Shown here piece after piece: positions 37,450-46,539 of a stretch of DNA of 64,000 nt. Under the pieces are notes generated by a model that was not told where the DNA came from, ran no database searches, and saw only the letters and a list, made by a program, of their open reading frames with translations. The first letter of the stretch is position 1. Each line of letters begins with the position of its first letter. The translations under genes and the position numbers were made by a program. The DNA comes from a virus, in IMG/VR virus record IMGVR_UViG_3300033571_007861, positions 5,871-69,870 of that record; one strand, 5' to 3'.

Positions 37450-38619
37450 ATGCTTTCTGAAGCAGAACATTATAAGAAAAATTGGCAATCTGCGCAAAAA
37501 GAGTTGCGTCAGAAAGAAAAAAATTGCGCCTTTGTTTATGTTCATTTAGAGGCTGATACCGGCAATCCTTTTTATGTTGGGATTGGGGTTAACGAAAATC
37601 GGCCTTGGAATAAAACACATAGAACAAACAAACACAAAAACCGCATTAATAAACACGGCATGAGAGTTGAAATTATCACCCAAAAGATTTCTTGGGAGAA
37701 TGCTAAACTCTGGGAAATTTGCTGGATTAAAAATCTTCGTGATGGAGGATTTAATCTTGTTAATTTGACGGATGGTGGTGATGGAACAACAGGATATGTT
37801 CGCACAGAAGAAGAGCGGCTTAAAATAAAAGAAGTAAATAATAGACCAGAAATTAAAAAAATTCACAGAGAAAATATGTTGGGTGACAAAAACCCAATGA
37901 AAAATCCAGACACGGCAGAAATTGTTGCACAAAAAAATAGAGGCAGAAAAAGGTCTCAAAAATTTCGTGAAGATGCTTCTGCTAGAAGAACTGGAGTTCC
38001 TCTTAAAGAGGAAACAATTCAAAATATGAAAAAAGGACAAAAACTTCGTTGGCAATCAAAAACAAACGAAGAAAAAAAGATTTATGGAGATAAAATAAAA
38101 AATGGACATCAAAAAAGATCAAGCGAAGATAGAAAAGAAACAATAAAATTGGCTTGGGAAACAAGAAGAAAAAGAAAAGCGAAAAAAGAAGGAGTTTCTT
38201 ACGAATCTTTGCTTCCAAAACCAAAAGTAAAAATATCCAGAGAAGAAAAAATTAAAATTTTAAAAGAAATTGCGTCCAGACCAGAGGTAAAAAGAAAACA
38301 ATCTGAAAAAAGAAAACTAGCTTGGGAAAACAAAGAATATAGAAAAGCCGCTTCTTCGGGAGTAGCTTTGACATGGAAAAATGTTTTAATCAGGCAAAAA
38401 AGAATTGACGGTATTTTAAAATCAAGAGAAAATGGTGAGTTCGGAAAACAAGTCTCAATAAGAAATTTTGATGATTGGTCTGATCCATTTGAAAGACAAA
38501 AAAGAATTGATGGTATGAAAAAAGCTTGGTCTGATCCAAGTAAAACAATGCGGCGCGTTTTTGCTTCGTGGGATAAATCTAATCGTTGGGTTCTTAAGAA
38601 TTTATATTGGGGGGCTTAG
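37450..38619 (+). CDS. free-standing GIY-YIG-like endonuclease ending in YWGA
   Basis: FVYVH..PFYVGIG..R..E..LVNLTDGGDG; Lys-rich repeats; AT-rich. Confidence 0.85.
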   Translation: MLSEAEHYKKNWQSAQKELRQKEKNCAFVYVHLEADTGNPFYVGIGVNENRPWNKTHRTNKHKNRINKHGMRVEIITQKISWENAKLWEICWIKNLRDGGFNLVNLTDGGDGTTGYVRTEEERLKIKEVNNRPEIKKIHRENMLGDKNPMKNPDTAEIVAQKNRGRKRSQKFREDASARRTGVPLKEETIQNMKKGQKLRWQSKTNEEKKIYGDKIKNGHQKRSSEDRKETIKLAWETRRKRKAKKEGVSYESLLPKPKVKISREEKIKILKEIASRPEVKRKQSEKRKLAWENKEYRKAASSGVALTWKNVLIRQKRIDGILKSRENGEFGKQVSIRNFDDWSDPFERQKRIDGMKKAWSDPSKTMRRVFASWDKSNRWVLKNLYWGA

Positions 38620-39333
38620 GTGGGCTACGCATCAAAACTTGGCAAAGCCACAATAAGCGCAACAAATCCCACAGCCGCAGCCGTGTGTGACAGATGTTCG
38701 GCGGTTTACAACTTAAATCATCTCCGCTGGCAAAACGATTACCGGGGCAGAAACCTAGCCAACATTCGCATCCTTGTTTGCGAGCGTTGTGAAGATGAAC
38801 CACAAGCTCAGCTTAAACCCAGAATCATCCCGCCCGATCCCGTTTCGGTCAAAAATGCCCGCCCGGAGCGTTATTGCGAATACGAGTCAAACACGCGCAC
38901 AACGCAGGGCAACAGTATAGACTTTTGGACTGGCCTCCCTATTCCCGGCGGCGACACGCGCATCACGCAGGACGATAATACCCGTTCTACGCAGATCACA
39001 GGCGAGGCCCCCGGAGGCTTGGACAACACCCCAGGCACCAGCTTTCTTGTCCCCGGCAATGATCTTCTTGGGCCTGAGCAAGGGCTTCCATGCGGCTTTA
39101 ATCAAATTCCTCAGACTGGGCCGCTCGCGCCTTATCTTATCAACTTGACATGGTATCCAACTCTTGTCCCTGATCCCCTGCTTTGGGGCGGTCAGCAGAT
39201 TATGTGGGGACCACAGACCATATCTTGGGGCGGTCAGTCTGGAACATTCTCTGGTGTAAATTGGACTAATAACCTTGGCGGTGTTATAACTTGGACGACA
39301 AACGTGCCGTCAACTTCACCTGTAATGGATTGA
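38620..39333 (+). CDS. hypothetical protein with N-terminal CxxC..CxxC
   Basis: CDRC..VCERC..PQ..DP..NARPE; GTG start abuts the endonuclease stop. Confidence 0.7.
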   Translation: MGYASKLGKATISATNPTAAAVCDRCSAVYNLNHLRWQNDYRGRNLANIRILVCERCEDEPQAQLKPRIIPPDPVSVKNARPERYCEYESNTRTTQGNSIDFWTGLPIPGGDTRITQDDNTRSTQITGEAPGGLDNTPGTSFLVPGNDLLGPEQGLPCGFNQIPQTGPLAPYLINLTWYPTLVPDPLLWGGQQIMWGPQTISWGGQSGTFSGVNWTNNLGGVITWTTNVPSTSPVMD

Positions 39334-39337
39334 TAAA

Positions 39338-40408
39338 ATGAGCGTTCCATATACATTTGCTAATGCACTTGGCGGATCAAACGTCCCTTTGCAATGGTTG
39401 GACGATGATTTTGCATACCTTTCTGGAAGCCCTACGTTCACCGGCAATGTCACTGTAACTGGGACTTTTAGCGTCTCTGGTGCTGCCACTTTTTCAAACT
39501 CAATAACTTTTGATTCAAAGACAATCACCGCGACGACTGGAACTGGAAAATTTGTTCTGGACACTTCTCCAACGATTACAAGTGTAACATTAGTTACGCC
39601 GATTCTTGGAACGCCTCAAAGTGGGGCATTAACAAATTGCACTGGTCTTCCTGTGTCTACTGGAATTAGTGGATTTGGTTCTGGAATTGCTGCGTTTTTA
39701 GCAACTCCCTCAAGTTCCAATTTTCGCTCTGCTCTTACAGACGAAACCGGAACTGGATCAGTTGTTTTTGCTAACACCCCCACGCTTGTCACCCCTATTT
39801 TGGGAACACCGACCAGTGGAACCTTAACCAACTGCACCGGCTTACCGCTTTCCACTGGCGTCAGTGGAACACTGCCTGTCTCCAATGGAGGCACAGGCAT
39901 AACATCGCTAACAGCCGGCTACATACCATTTGGCGGTGCAACAACATTTAGTTCTGATGGTGGTTTGTTTTGGGACAATACGAACAAAAGACTTGGAGTT
40001 GGAACTTCAACTCCAACTGAACGGCTGACTGTTGTTACCACCGCAGCAACGGCACAATGGGCGGTGGTTTGTGCTAGCAATGGTGTAGCCAATTCAACTG
40101 GTTTTTATGTTGATGTTAGTAATAATTTTCAAATGGTGGTCAGAAACAGCGCGTCCGGATTGACCGGATTGATAAACAGCGCTGGAGACAGTTGGGTTAA
40201 TTCTGTCACCGGAAACTTTGGCATAGGAACAAACGCACCAAGTCAAAAACTTGATGTGAATAGCGACTCTATTCGTGTGCGCAGCGCAAAAACACCTGCA
40301 TCTGCAACTGACACTGGAACCCAAGGCCAATTATGTTGGGATAGCAATTACGTTTATGTTTGTATTGCTACAAACACTTGGAAACGAGCGGCGATAGCGA
40401 CGTGGTAA
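39338..40408 (+). CDS. tail fibre protein
   Basis: two TPILGTP.SG.LTNCTGLP repeats; WDNTNKRLGVGT; YVCIATNTWKR end. Confidence 0.75.
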   Translation: MSVPYTFANALGGSNVPLQWLDDDFAYLSGSPTFTGNVTVTGTFSVSGAATFSNSITFDSKTITATTGTGKFVLDTSPTITSVTLVTPILGTPQSGALTNCTGLPVSTGISGFGSGIAAFLATPSSSNFRSALTDETGTGSVVFANTPTLVTPILGTPTSGTLTNCTGLPLSTGVSGTLPVSNGGTGITSLTAGYIPFGGATTFSSDGGLFWDNTNKRLGVGTSTPTERLTVVTTAATAQWAVVCASNGVANSTGFYVDVSNNFQMVVRNSASGLTGLINSAGDSWVNSVTGNFGIGTNAPSQKLDVNSDSIRVRSAKTPASATDTGTQGQLCWDSNYVYVCIATNTWKRAAIATW

Positions 40409-40417
40409 GGTAAAACA

Positions 40418-41089
40418 ATGGCTTCAATTCAAATACCTAACCTTCCAGCAGCCATCGCTCTTAGTGGTTTGGAGCAGCTTGAGATTGTTCAGGACGGCGT
40501 ATCTAGCCGAACGACGACTCAGGCTATTGCTAATTTAGCAAACATAACCCCTCTGCAATCTCAAGTTGCAGTGCTCCAAGGGAATGTGACTACTCTTCAG
40601 GGGAATGTGACTATTCTTCAAACCGATGTAGCCAATCTTCAAAATGTCCCTTGTGCTTCATACTTTAGCACGGCCACTCAAAACCACGGCGCTATTGGTA
40701 ATGAAGGTATTGTTTCTTGCAACAACACTGATTTTCAGTATGGCATCAGTCTTGTCTCGGGAACACAATTTACGGCTGGTGTCAATGGTATTTATAATTT
40801 TCAATTTTCTCTTCAGCTTGTTTCAGCCGTAAACAACAAACATGCTTATGTTTGGCTAAAGAAAAATGGCATAGTGGTCCCTCAGTCAAACACTGAGGTT
40901 GATCTTCCGAACAAAAACTACGGTTATGTTGCGGCTTGGAATTTTCTACTTGCTCTAAATGCCGGTCAATATATCCAACTCGCTTGGACATCGGACGACA
41001 GTGTTAACATCAATGCTAACGCTGCGCCACCTTATGGTCCTGCTATCCCTTCTGCTATCGTAACCATGAACCTTATCCGCCGCACTTAA
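40418..41089 (+). CDS. structural protein, coiled coil plus C1q/TNF-like head
   Basis: heptad VxxLQ repeats; GIYNFQFSLQ..WLKKNG..PAIPS. Confidence 0.65.
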   Translation: MASIQIPNLPAAIALSGLEQLEIVQDGVSSRTTTQAIANLANITPLQSQVAVLQGNVTTLQGNVTILQTDVANLQNVPCASYFSTATQNHGAIGNEGIVSCNNTDFQYGISLVSGTQFTAGVNGIYNFQFSLQLVSAVNNKHAYVWLKKNGIVVPQSNTEVDLPNKNYGYVAAWNFLLALNAGQYIQLAWTSDDSVNINANAAPPYGPAIPSAIVTMNLIRRT

Positions 41090-41106
41090 ATAAGAGAGCC
41101 AGAAAA

Positions 41107-41343
41107 ATGGACACGCAAACATTGATAAACGTTGCCGCCGGAATTGTTATCGCTATAGCCGGTTGGCTGGCTCGTGTTCTTTGGGATGCGGTTGAAAAAC
41201 TTAAAGCGGATATTCATGAACTGGAAGTTCACCTTCCTACGAATTATATTCGCAGAGATGAGTTTAATGAAGGTTTAAGAGAAATAAAAGAGTCTCTCAA
41301 CAAAATTCTTGATAAACTTGAAAACAAAGCGGATAAACCATAA
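41107..41343 (+). CDS. small membrane protein with a coiled coil
   Basis: N-terminal TM; YIRRDEF..LENKADK. Confidence 0.7.
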   Translation: MDTQTLINVAAGIVIAIAGWLARVLWDAVEKLKADIHELEVHLPTNYIRRDEFNEGLREIKESLNKILDKLENKADKP

Positions 41344-42038
41344 TGGCTATGGACTACAATACATTCGTAGCAACCGTCGCCAACATCATGGCGGCGGATT
41401 CTACTACGCCTGAGTTTGTTCAGATTTTGCCGCAGGCAATCGCCTATGCGGAAAACAGAATTTATCGTGAACTTGATATTATTGATTCTGTTCACATTAA
41501 CGATACATCGGCTTTGACGCCTTTAAACCGTAGTTTTACTCTTCCTGCCGCACCCTATGGAAACTTCCTGACTGTTCAGGGAATTAACGTGCTCTATGGC
41601 AGTGGTCCTCAGCGCAGACAGCTTCAGCCCGTGGCTATATCTTATCTAAACGCCGTATGGGGCTCTCCGACCGGCGCTACGCTTCCTGAATATTTTGCCA
41701 TGGTCAAACAAGACACGATGCTTGTTGGTCCGTGGCCGGATCAGGCATATACGGTTGAGGTAATCGGAACCTATCAGCCTGAACCTTTGTCTGCAACAAA
41801 CACAACGACGTTCTTGACGATCAATCTTGCTGATCTTTTTGTTGCAGCAGGCATGATCTTTATGAGCGGATTCATGCGCGATTTTGGTTCTCAAAGCGAT
41901 AACCCGGCGCAAGCTCAGTCATGGGAAGGTCAATATAAGCAGCTTTTCAATTCTGCAAACATCTTGGAGTTGAAAAAGAAATTCTGTGGCGCTGGTTGGA
42001 CTTCGCTTTCTTCTATGCCGATTTCTCCGACGAGGTAA
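41343..42038 (+). CDS. head-tail connector/adaptor protein
   Basis: AENRIYREL..PEYFA..GPWPDQAY; upstream of the nozzle gene. Confidence 0.7.
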   Translation: MAMDYNTFVATVANIMAADSTTPEFVQILPQAIAYAENRIYRELDIIDSVHINDTSALTPLNRSFTLPAAPYGNFLTVQGINVLYGSGPQRRQLQPVAISYLNAVWGSPTGATLPEYFAMVKQDTMLVGPWPDQAYTVEVIGTYQPEPLSATNTTTFLTINLADLFVAAGMIFMSGFMRDFGSQSDNPAQAQSWEGQYKQLFNSANILELKKKFCGAGWTSLSSMPISPTR

Positions 42039-42042
42039 CATC

Positions 42043-44157
42043 GTGCCGTTCGCAGAAGTGAATCTTGTCCCAACTGTTAACGTAGAGACGACCCTCGCTG
42101 ATAACGCGAGCGGCGTTTCTGAATCCAACTTCATCCGTTGGCGCGGCGCGTTACCTGAAAAACGTGGCGGCTGCATTCTTTACTATAACAACACCATTCA
42201 AGGAACCCCCACCGACCTCCAACCATGGTTAGGCATTAACGGTGAAAAGTTTCTTGGCATCGGGACAGATGCGGGCTTGTTTGTTCTCCAAGACAAGTCG
42301 CCGTATAATATTTCTCCTCAATACATAGACAGCAACTCTCAGACACCGCCAAAGTTTACAACTTATGCTAACTCTTCAACAGTCAGGGTTGAAGATTCCG
42401 GAGTTTCCGGAACATCTTCCAACGTAACCATTTATGATTCTGTTGTTTTTAATACGCCAGTTTCTATTGATGGGTTGATTATATTTGGCGAATATAAAAT
42501 AAAAAATTCAATATCACCATCGCCATCTGTTTATGAAATTGAGGCAAATGGACTTGCTGCCTCTGGAGTTGTTAACGGCGGTGTTTTGCCGGAGTTTGTT
42601 ACAACGGCTGGCAACTCATCCGTAACCTGCAATTTTCCAAATCACAATTATGCCGTTGGAGAAATGGTTTCTTTTCTTGTTCCGACAACGGTTGCTGGAA
42701 TTACGATATTTGGTTCATACATAATTCGTGCCGTTAATCCGGGAGTTTCTTTTGACTTTGTTGCTGAAAACGCAGCGAGTTCAACGACAACCGCTTATAT
42801 GAACAACAATGTTCTTAATGCACGATATTGGATTGTTTCCGGACCAGTCATCAACGGGTCTGGATATGGATTAAATGGTTATGGCGAATATCCATATGGC
42901 CAAGGGTCCGCTGATCCTCCGTTGACTGGAACACAATACGGCAAGGGCGAATGGTGGCTTGATAATTGGGGTGAGAGGTTAATCTCTTGTGGAGAAGGCG
43001 GTCCACTGTTTGAGTGGTCAAAACTTGACGGCTTTAACAACGCAAGCATTATCAATGGCGCTCCTGTGGCCAACATGGGCATGTTTGTCGCCATGCCTCA
43101 GCAGCAGGTCATGTGCTGGGGCTCCACATATACGGGCCAAGTAGACCCGCTTCAAATTCGATGGTCCAATGTTGGGGATTATGCGGATTGGACGCCGCGA
43201 GTAACCAATCAGGCTGGCGGTTATCATATTCCAACTGGATCAAAAATCGTCCGTGGTATTCAGGGCCAGACGCAGCAGTTCTGGTTTACAGATATTGATG
43301 TTTATGTTGCTCAATATACAGGTGATCCTTTTGTCTACAGCTTTAACAAAATTGGTTCTGGCTGCGGACTGATTGCTCCTAGAGCCGTTGGTATGCTTGG
43401 CGGTTCTATTTATTGGATGAGTCAAACGCAGTTTTATGTTGCGACTGCGGGCAACTCCCCTATGCCTATTCCGTGTAGCGTGTGGGATTTTATCTTTCAA
43501 AACACCAAGCAGGGCATAAATCCCGAAAGCGGCAAGCCTTATAGCGATGGCGTTGTGTGCGGCACAAACGCTATGTTTAATGAGGTGAACTGGTTTTTTA
43601 CGTCTGTTGATTCTCCTGACGGGTATCCTGATGCCTATGTGTGCTATAATACACAGTATAACATGTGGGATTATGGATACATGGGGCGAACGGCTTGGTA
43701 TGATCAGTCTGCGCTTGGACCACCGTTGGCGGCTAATTCGCAAACAGTTCTAGGCGTTCAGCAGGGTTACATTTATCAGCATGAAACGTCGTATGATTTG
43801 GCGAACGGTCTGACCATAAACCCAATCAACGCTTATCTCAAAACTGGTTATTTTAGCTTGTCTAATGGCCAAGATTTGAGTTTCGTGGATTGGATGCTTC
43901 CCGATATGAAATGGGACACTTATGCGCTTCAGAATGAAATTGATGGCGCTGATCTTCAGGTAACATTTTATGTCACCGATTACACTGGAGAAACACCGAA
44001 GGTTTATGGCCCTTATAATATGAACAAAACGACAAAGTTTATATCTCCAAGGTTTCGTGGTAGATACGTCTCCATGAAAATAGAAAGCAATGATTCAAAT
44101 TCTTTTTGGAGGCTCGGCAGCATCCGTTATAGATTTGCACCATCGGGGAGGCGATAA
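42043..44157 (+). CDS. tail nozzle/tubular protein (P22 gp10-like position)
   Basis: GAGG RBS, GTG start; WLDNWGE..IRWS..W..NQAG..CGLI..YWMS..PSGRR beta-propeller-like pattern. Confidence 0.75.
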   Translation: MPFAEVNLVPTVNVETTLADNASGVSESNFIRWRGALPEKRGGCILYYNNTIQGTPTDLQPWLGINGEKFLGIGTDAGLFVLQDKSPYNISPQYIDSNSQTPPKFTTYANSSTVRVEDSGVSGTSSNVTIYDSVVFNTPVSIDGLIIFGEYKIKNSISPSPSVYEIEANGLAASGVVNGGVLPEFVTTAGNSSVTCNFPNHNYAVGEMVSFLVPTTVAGITIFGSYIIRAVNPGVSFDFVAENAASSTTTAYMNNNVLNARYWIVSGPVINGSGYGLNGYGEYPYGQGSADPPLTGTQYGKGEWWLDNWGERLISCGEGGPLFEWSKLDGFNNASIINGAPVANMGMFVAMPQQQVMCWGSTYTGQVDPLQIRWSNVGDYADWTPRVTNQAGGYHIPTGSKIVRGIQGQTQQFWFTDIDVYVAQYTGDPFVYSFNKIGSGCGLIAPRAVGMLGGSIYWMSQTQFYVATAGNSPMPIPCSVWDFIFQNTKQGINPESGKPYSDGVVCGTNAMFNEVNWFFTSVDSPDGYPDAYVCYNTQYNMWDYGYMGRTAWYDQSALGPPLAANSQTVLGVQQGYIYQHETSYDLANGLTINPINAYLKTGYFSLSNGQDLSFVDWMLPDMKWDTYALQNEIDGADLQVTFYVTDYTGETPKVYGPYNMNKTTKFISPRFRGRYVSMKIESNDSNSFWRLGSIRYRFAPSGRR

Positions 44158-44160
44158 GTC

Positions 44161-44523
44161 ATGTCTAATGACAGCATGACATCTGCGTTGCAAAACGCAG
44201 TTATCGCTATAAACAAAAGGACATCAACTGATCTTTATCTTAAAGGGCAGTTTACTTCTGACACTTATGCGGGCTCAACGACGGTTGTTATTGCCCAGAC
44301 AAAGGGCCAGTTAATCAATGTCTGCATTACGACCTCTGCTGCTGCTACAGTGACGTTTTACAATCAATCGTCTTCTGGAACCTTGTTTCCGATTAAGGTT
44401 CTCTATGTTGTTCCCGCAAGTGCGACGCAGGGTGTTTATCCGATTGGTCAAGTGTTTAATACAGGTTTGGTCATGGTTGTTGGTGCGGGCGTTTCAGCTA
44501 ATGTGACTTACTCTTTGGGATAA
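44161..44523 (+). CDS. hypothetical structural protein
   Basis: 120-aa beta-rich ORF in the tail module. Confidence 0.65.
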   Translation: MSNDSMTSALQNAVIAINKRTSTDLYLKGQFTSDTYAGSTTVVIAQTKGQLINVCITTSAAATVTFYNQSSSGTLFPIKVLYVVPASATQGVYPIGQVFNTGLVMVVGAGVSANVTYSLG

Positions 44524-44528
44524 AGAAA

Positions 44529-45095
44529 ATGCCGTTGAAGCGTGGAAAATCTCAGGCTGCGATCAGTTCTAATATTAGCGAACTTGTTCACTCAGGCCGT
44601 CCGCAAAAGCAAGCCGTCGCCATCGCGCTTAACACGGCCCGTAAGGCTATGGAGCGTGGCGGGTCGCCTCACAACGACCCCAAGGTGTTTCATGGGCCTT
44701 TGAAAGCGCCTATCCCCGGTCGGACGGATCGGATGAAGGTTCACGTCGCCAGCGGAAGCTATGTGATCCCCGCTGACATTGTTTCGGGCATTGCTGAGGG
44801 AAACACTGAAGCCGGGTTTGAAATCATCAAGAAAATGATTGATGACAAAAAGTCTCAGGGTGGTCGCGTTGGTATGATTAGCAAGTATGGGTTAAACGGC
44901 AAATATCACGAGGCTAGAGGAAAGGTTCCTGTGATTGTTGCTGGTGGGGAATATATTCTTAGCCCAGAGGAAGTAGAGCTATTTGGCGATGGCGATTTAA
45001 ACGCTGGCCATAAGGTTTTGGACAAGTTTATTTTGTCTCAGAGAAACAAACTGATCAAAACTCTTAAAAAACTACCTCCGCCAGCAAAGGACTAA
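44529..45095 (+). CDS. small basic module fused through ERGG to a duplicated G(S/E)Y(V/I) domain
   Basis: [17 protein letters not shown]; [21 protein letters not shown] and [17 protein letters not shown]. Confidence 0.75.
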   Translation: MPLKRGKSQAAISSNISELVHSGRPQKQAVAIALNTARKAMERGGSPHNDPKVFHGPLKAPIPGRTDRMKVHVASGSYVIPADIVSGIAEGNTEAGFEIIKKMIDDKKSQGGRVGMISKYGLNGKYHEARGKVPVIVAGGEYILSPEEVELFGDGDLNAGHKVLDKFILSQRNKLIKTLKKLPPPAKD

Positions 45096-45158
45096 AGGTT
45101 TATTTTCAAAAGGTTTTGGAGTATAATGAGTTAAACGCCAAATGTAAACGAGGATAAT

Positions 45159-46055
45159 ATGGGTGTTCTTTACGAGCATTGGAGAACTGATACAAACGAG
45201 TGTTTTTATGTCGGCATTAGCTGGGCAAACGAAAATACTCGCCCTCATGATTTGACCCCAAGAAACCCCCATCACGGGAATATTGTCGCTAAATTGAAAG
45301 AAAATAATTTTGAAGTAGACGTTCGCATACAAGCGTGGGATTTGAATAAGGAAGAGTTGTGCGAATTAGAAGTAATGCAGATTGCTTATTGGCGTGATCT
45401 AATTGGAAATAGACTTACAAACATTGCTCAGGGTGGAGAAGGGTTGCGGCAATGGACCGATGAGATGAAAGAAAAACTATCTGCAAAAAAAATAAAAATG
45501 CTTAACGATCCCATTTTAGGGGCTTCAATAAGAAAAAAATTATCGGAGGCAAGAAAATCTTATTTTTATGATCCTAATTTTGGAAAAGAAAGAAGAGAAT
45601 CTGCAAAATTAAGATTGAAAAAAACATCAACTGAATATTGGTCAAATGAAGATTTAAAGGAACAGCGTAAATTATTGCATTCAAAAAAAATAAAAGAGTA
45701 TTGGAATGATGAATTATGCGGAGAAAAAAGAAAAAAAGTTGTGTCAGAAAGATTTTCTGGCGATAAAAACCCTTCTAAAAATCCAGAAATAAAATTAAAG
45801 AAAGAACTGACTAGAAAATCTAAGGGAAGTGATTTTTACAAATTAAGCGAAAAGGCTAAAAAACAAATTGGTTTGAAAAATAAACAACATATGTTAAATA
45901 AAGGCGATTTAATTCACACTAAAAACTTAGACGTAAGAAACAAAAACAGTAAAACCAGAAAAATCCAATGGTCATCTCCTGAATTTAGGTCAAAAATGAT
46001 GTATTATTGGTGGTGGTCTAAAAATGTTAAAAATTATTTTTATTGGGGGGCATGA
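45159..46055 (+). CDS. free-standing GIY-YIG-like endonuclease ending in YWGA, paralog of 4508..5266
   Basis: LYEHWRTDTNECFYVG..MQIAY..LTNIAQGGEG. Confidence 0.85.
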   Translation: MGVLYEHWRTDTNECFYVGISWANENTRPHDLTPRNPHHGNIVAKLKENNFEVDVRIQAWDLNKEELCELEVMQIAYWRDLIGNRLTNIAQGGEGLRQWTDEMKEKLSAKKIKMLNDPILGASIRKKLSEARKSYFYDPNFGKERRESAKLRLKKTSTEYWSNEDLKEQRKLLHSKKIKEYWNDELCGEKRKKVVSERFSGDKNPSKNPEIKLKKELTRKSKGSDFYKLSEKAKKQIGLKNKQHMLNKGDLIHTKNLDVRNKNSKTRKIQWSSPEFRSKMMYYWWWSKNVKNYFYWGA

Positions 46056-46528
46056 TGAGCGTTTCGTTTAAAGATTGCCCTGACGTTAGGCTGGCGGTTA
46101 AAGAAGATTTTGAAGAAATTCTTAATCTTATGAAGAACGCTTGCTCTGAAGATTCTCAACATTCTTTTGCTGAGGACAAAGTAATTTCAATGATTATGAG
46201 ATATTATAATAAACAAGGAGTAATGATTTCTGTGATAGGAGAAATTGGTCGTCCTGTTGCTTATGTTTTATCAGAAGTTTGCCCGGTTTGGTATAGTGAC
46301 GAGTGGCAAATCTTGGAGTTAAGTCTTTATGTATCTCCAGAACATCGAAAAAGCACATACGCAAAACAATTAATGCAGTTTATGAAAACCGCGTCAGAAG
46401 GTCTAAAATTAGATTTAACAATAGGTGTGTTTTCTAATTCTCGCACAGAGGCCAAAATACGCCTTTACCAGAGACAATTTCCACAAGTAGGCGCTTATTT
46501 CTGTTTCCGCCCTGATACAACGCAATAA
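46052..46528 (+). CDS. GNAT-family acetyltransferase-like protein
   Basis: VRLA..D..LYVSPEHRKS..AKQL..LY; upstream of the ejection proteins. Confidence 0.75.
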   Translation: MMSVSFKDCPDVRLAVKEDFEEILNLMKNACSEDSQHSFAEDKVISMIMRYYNKQGVMISVIGEIGRPVAYVLSEVCPVWYSDEWQILELSLYVSPEHRKSTYAKQLMQFMKTASEGLKLDLTIGVFSNSRTEAKIRLYQRQFPQVGAYFCFRPDTTQ

Positions 46529-46539
46529 GGATTAAGACA

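Noticed and set aside
18085-46055. Group I introns housing the GIY-YIG genes
   Set aside because: Flanking genes have their own starts and stops, the endonucleases abut them with almost no spare sequence, and no P/Q/R/S core was seen.
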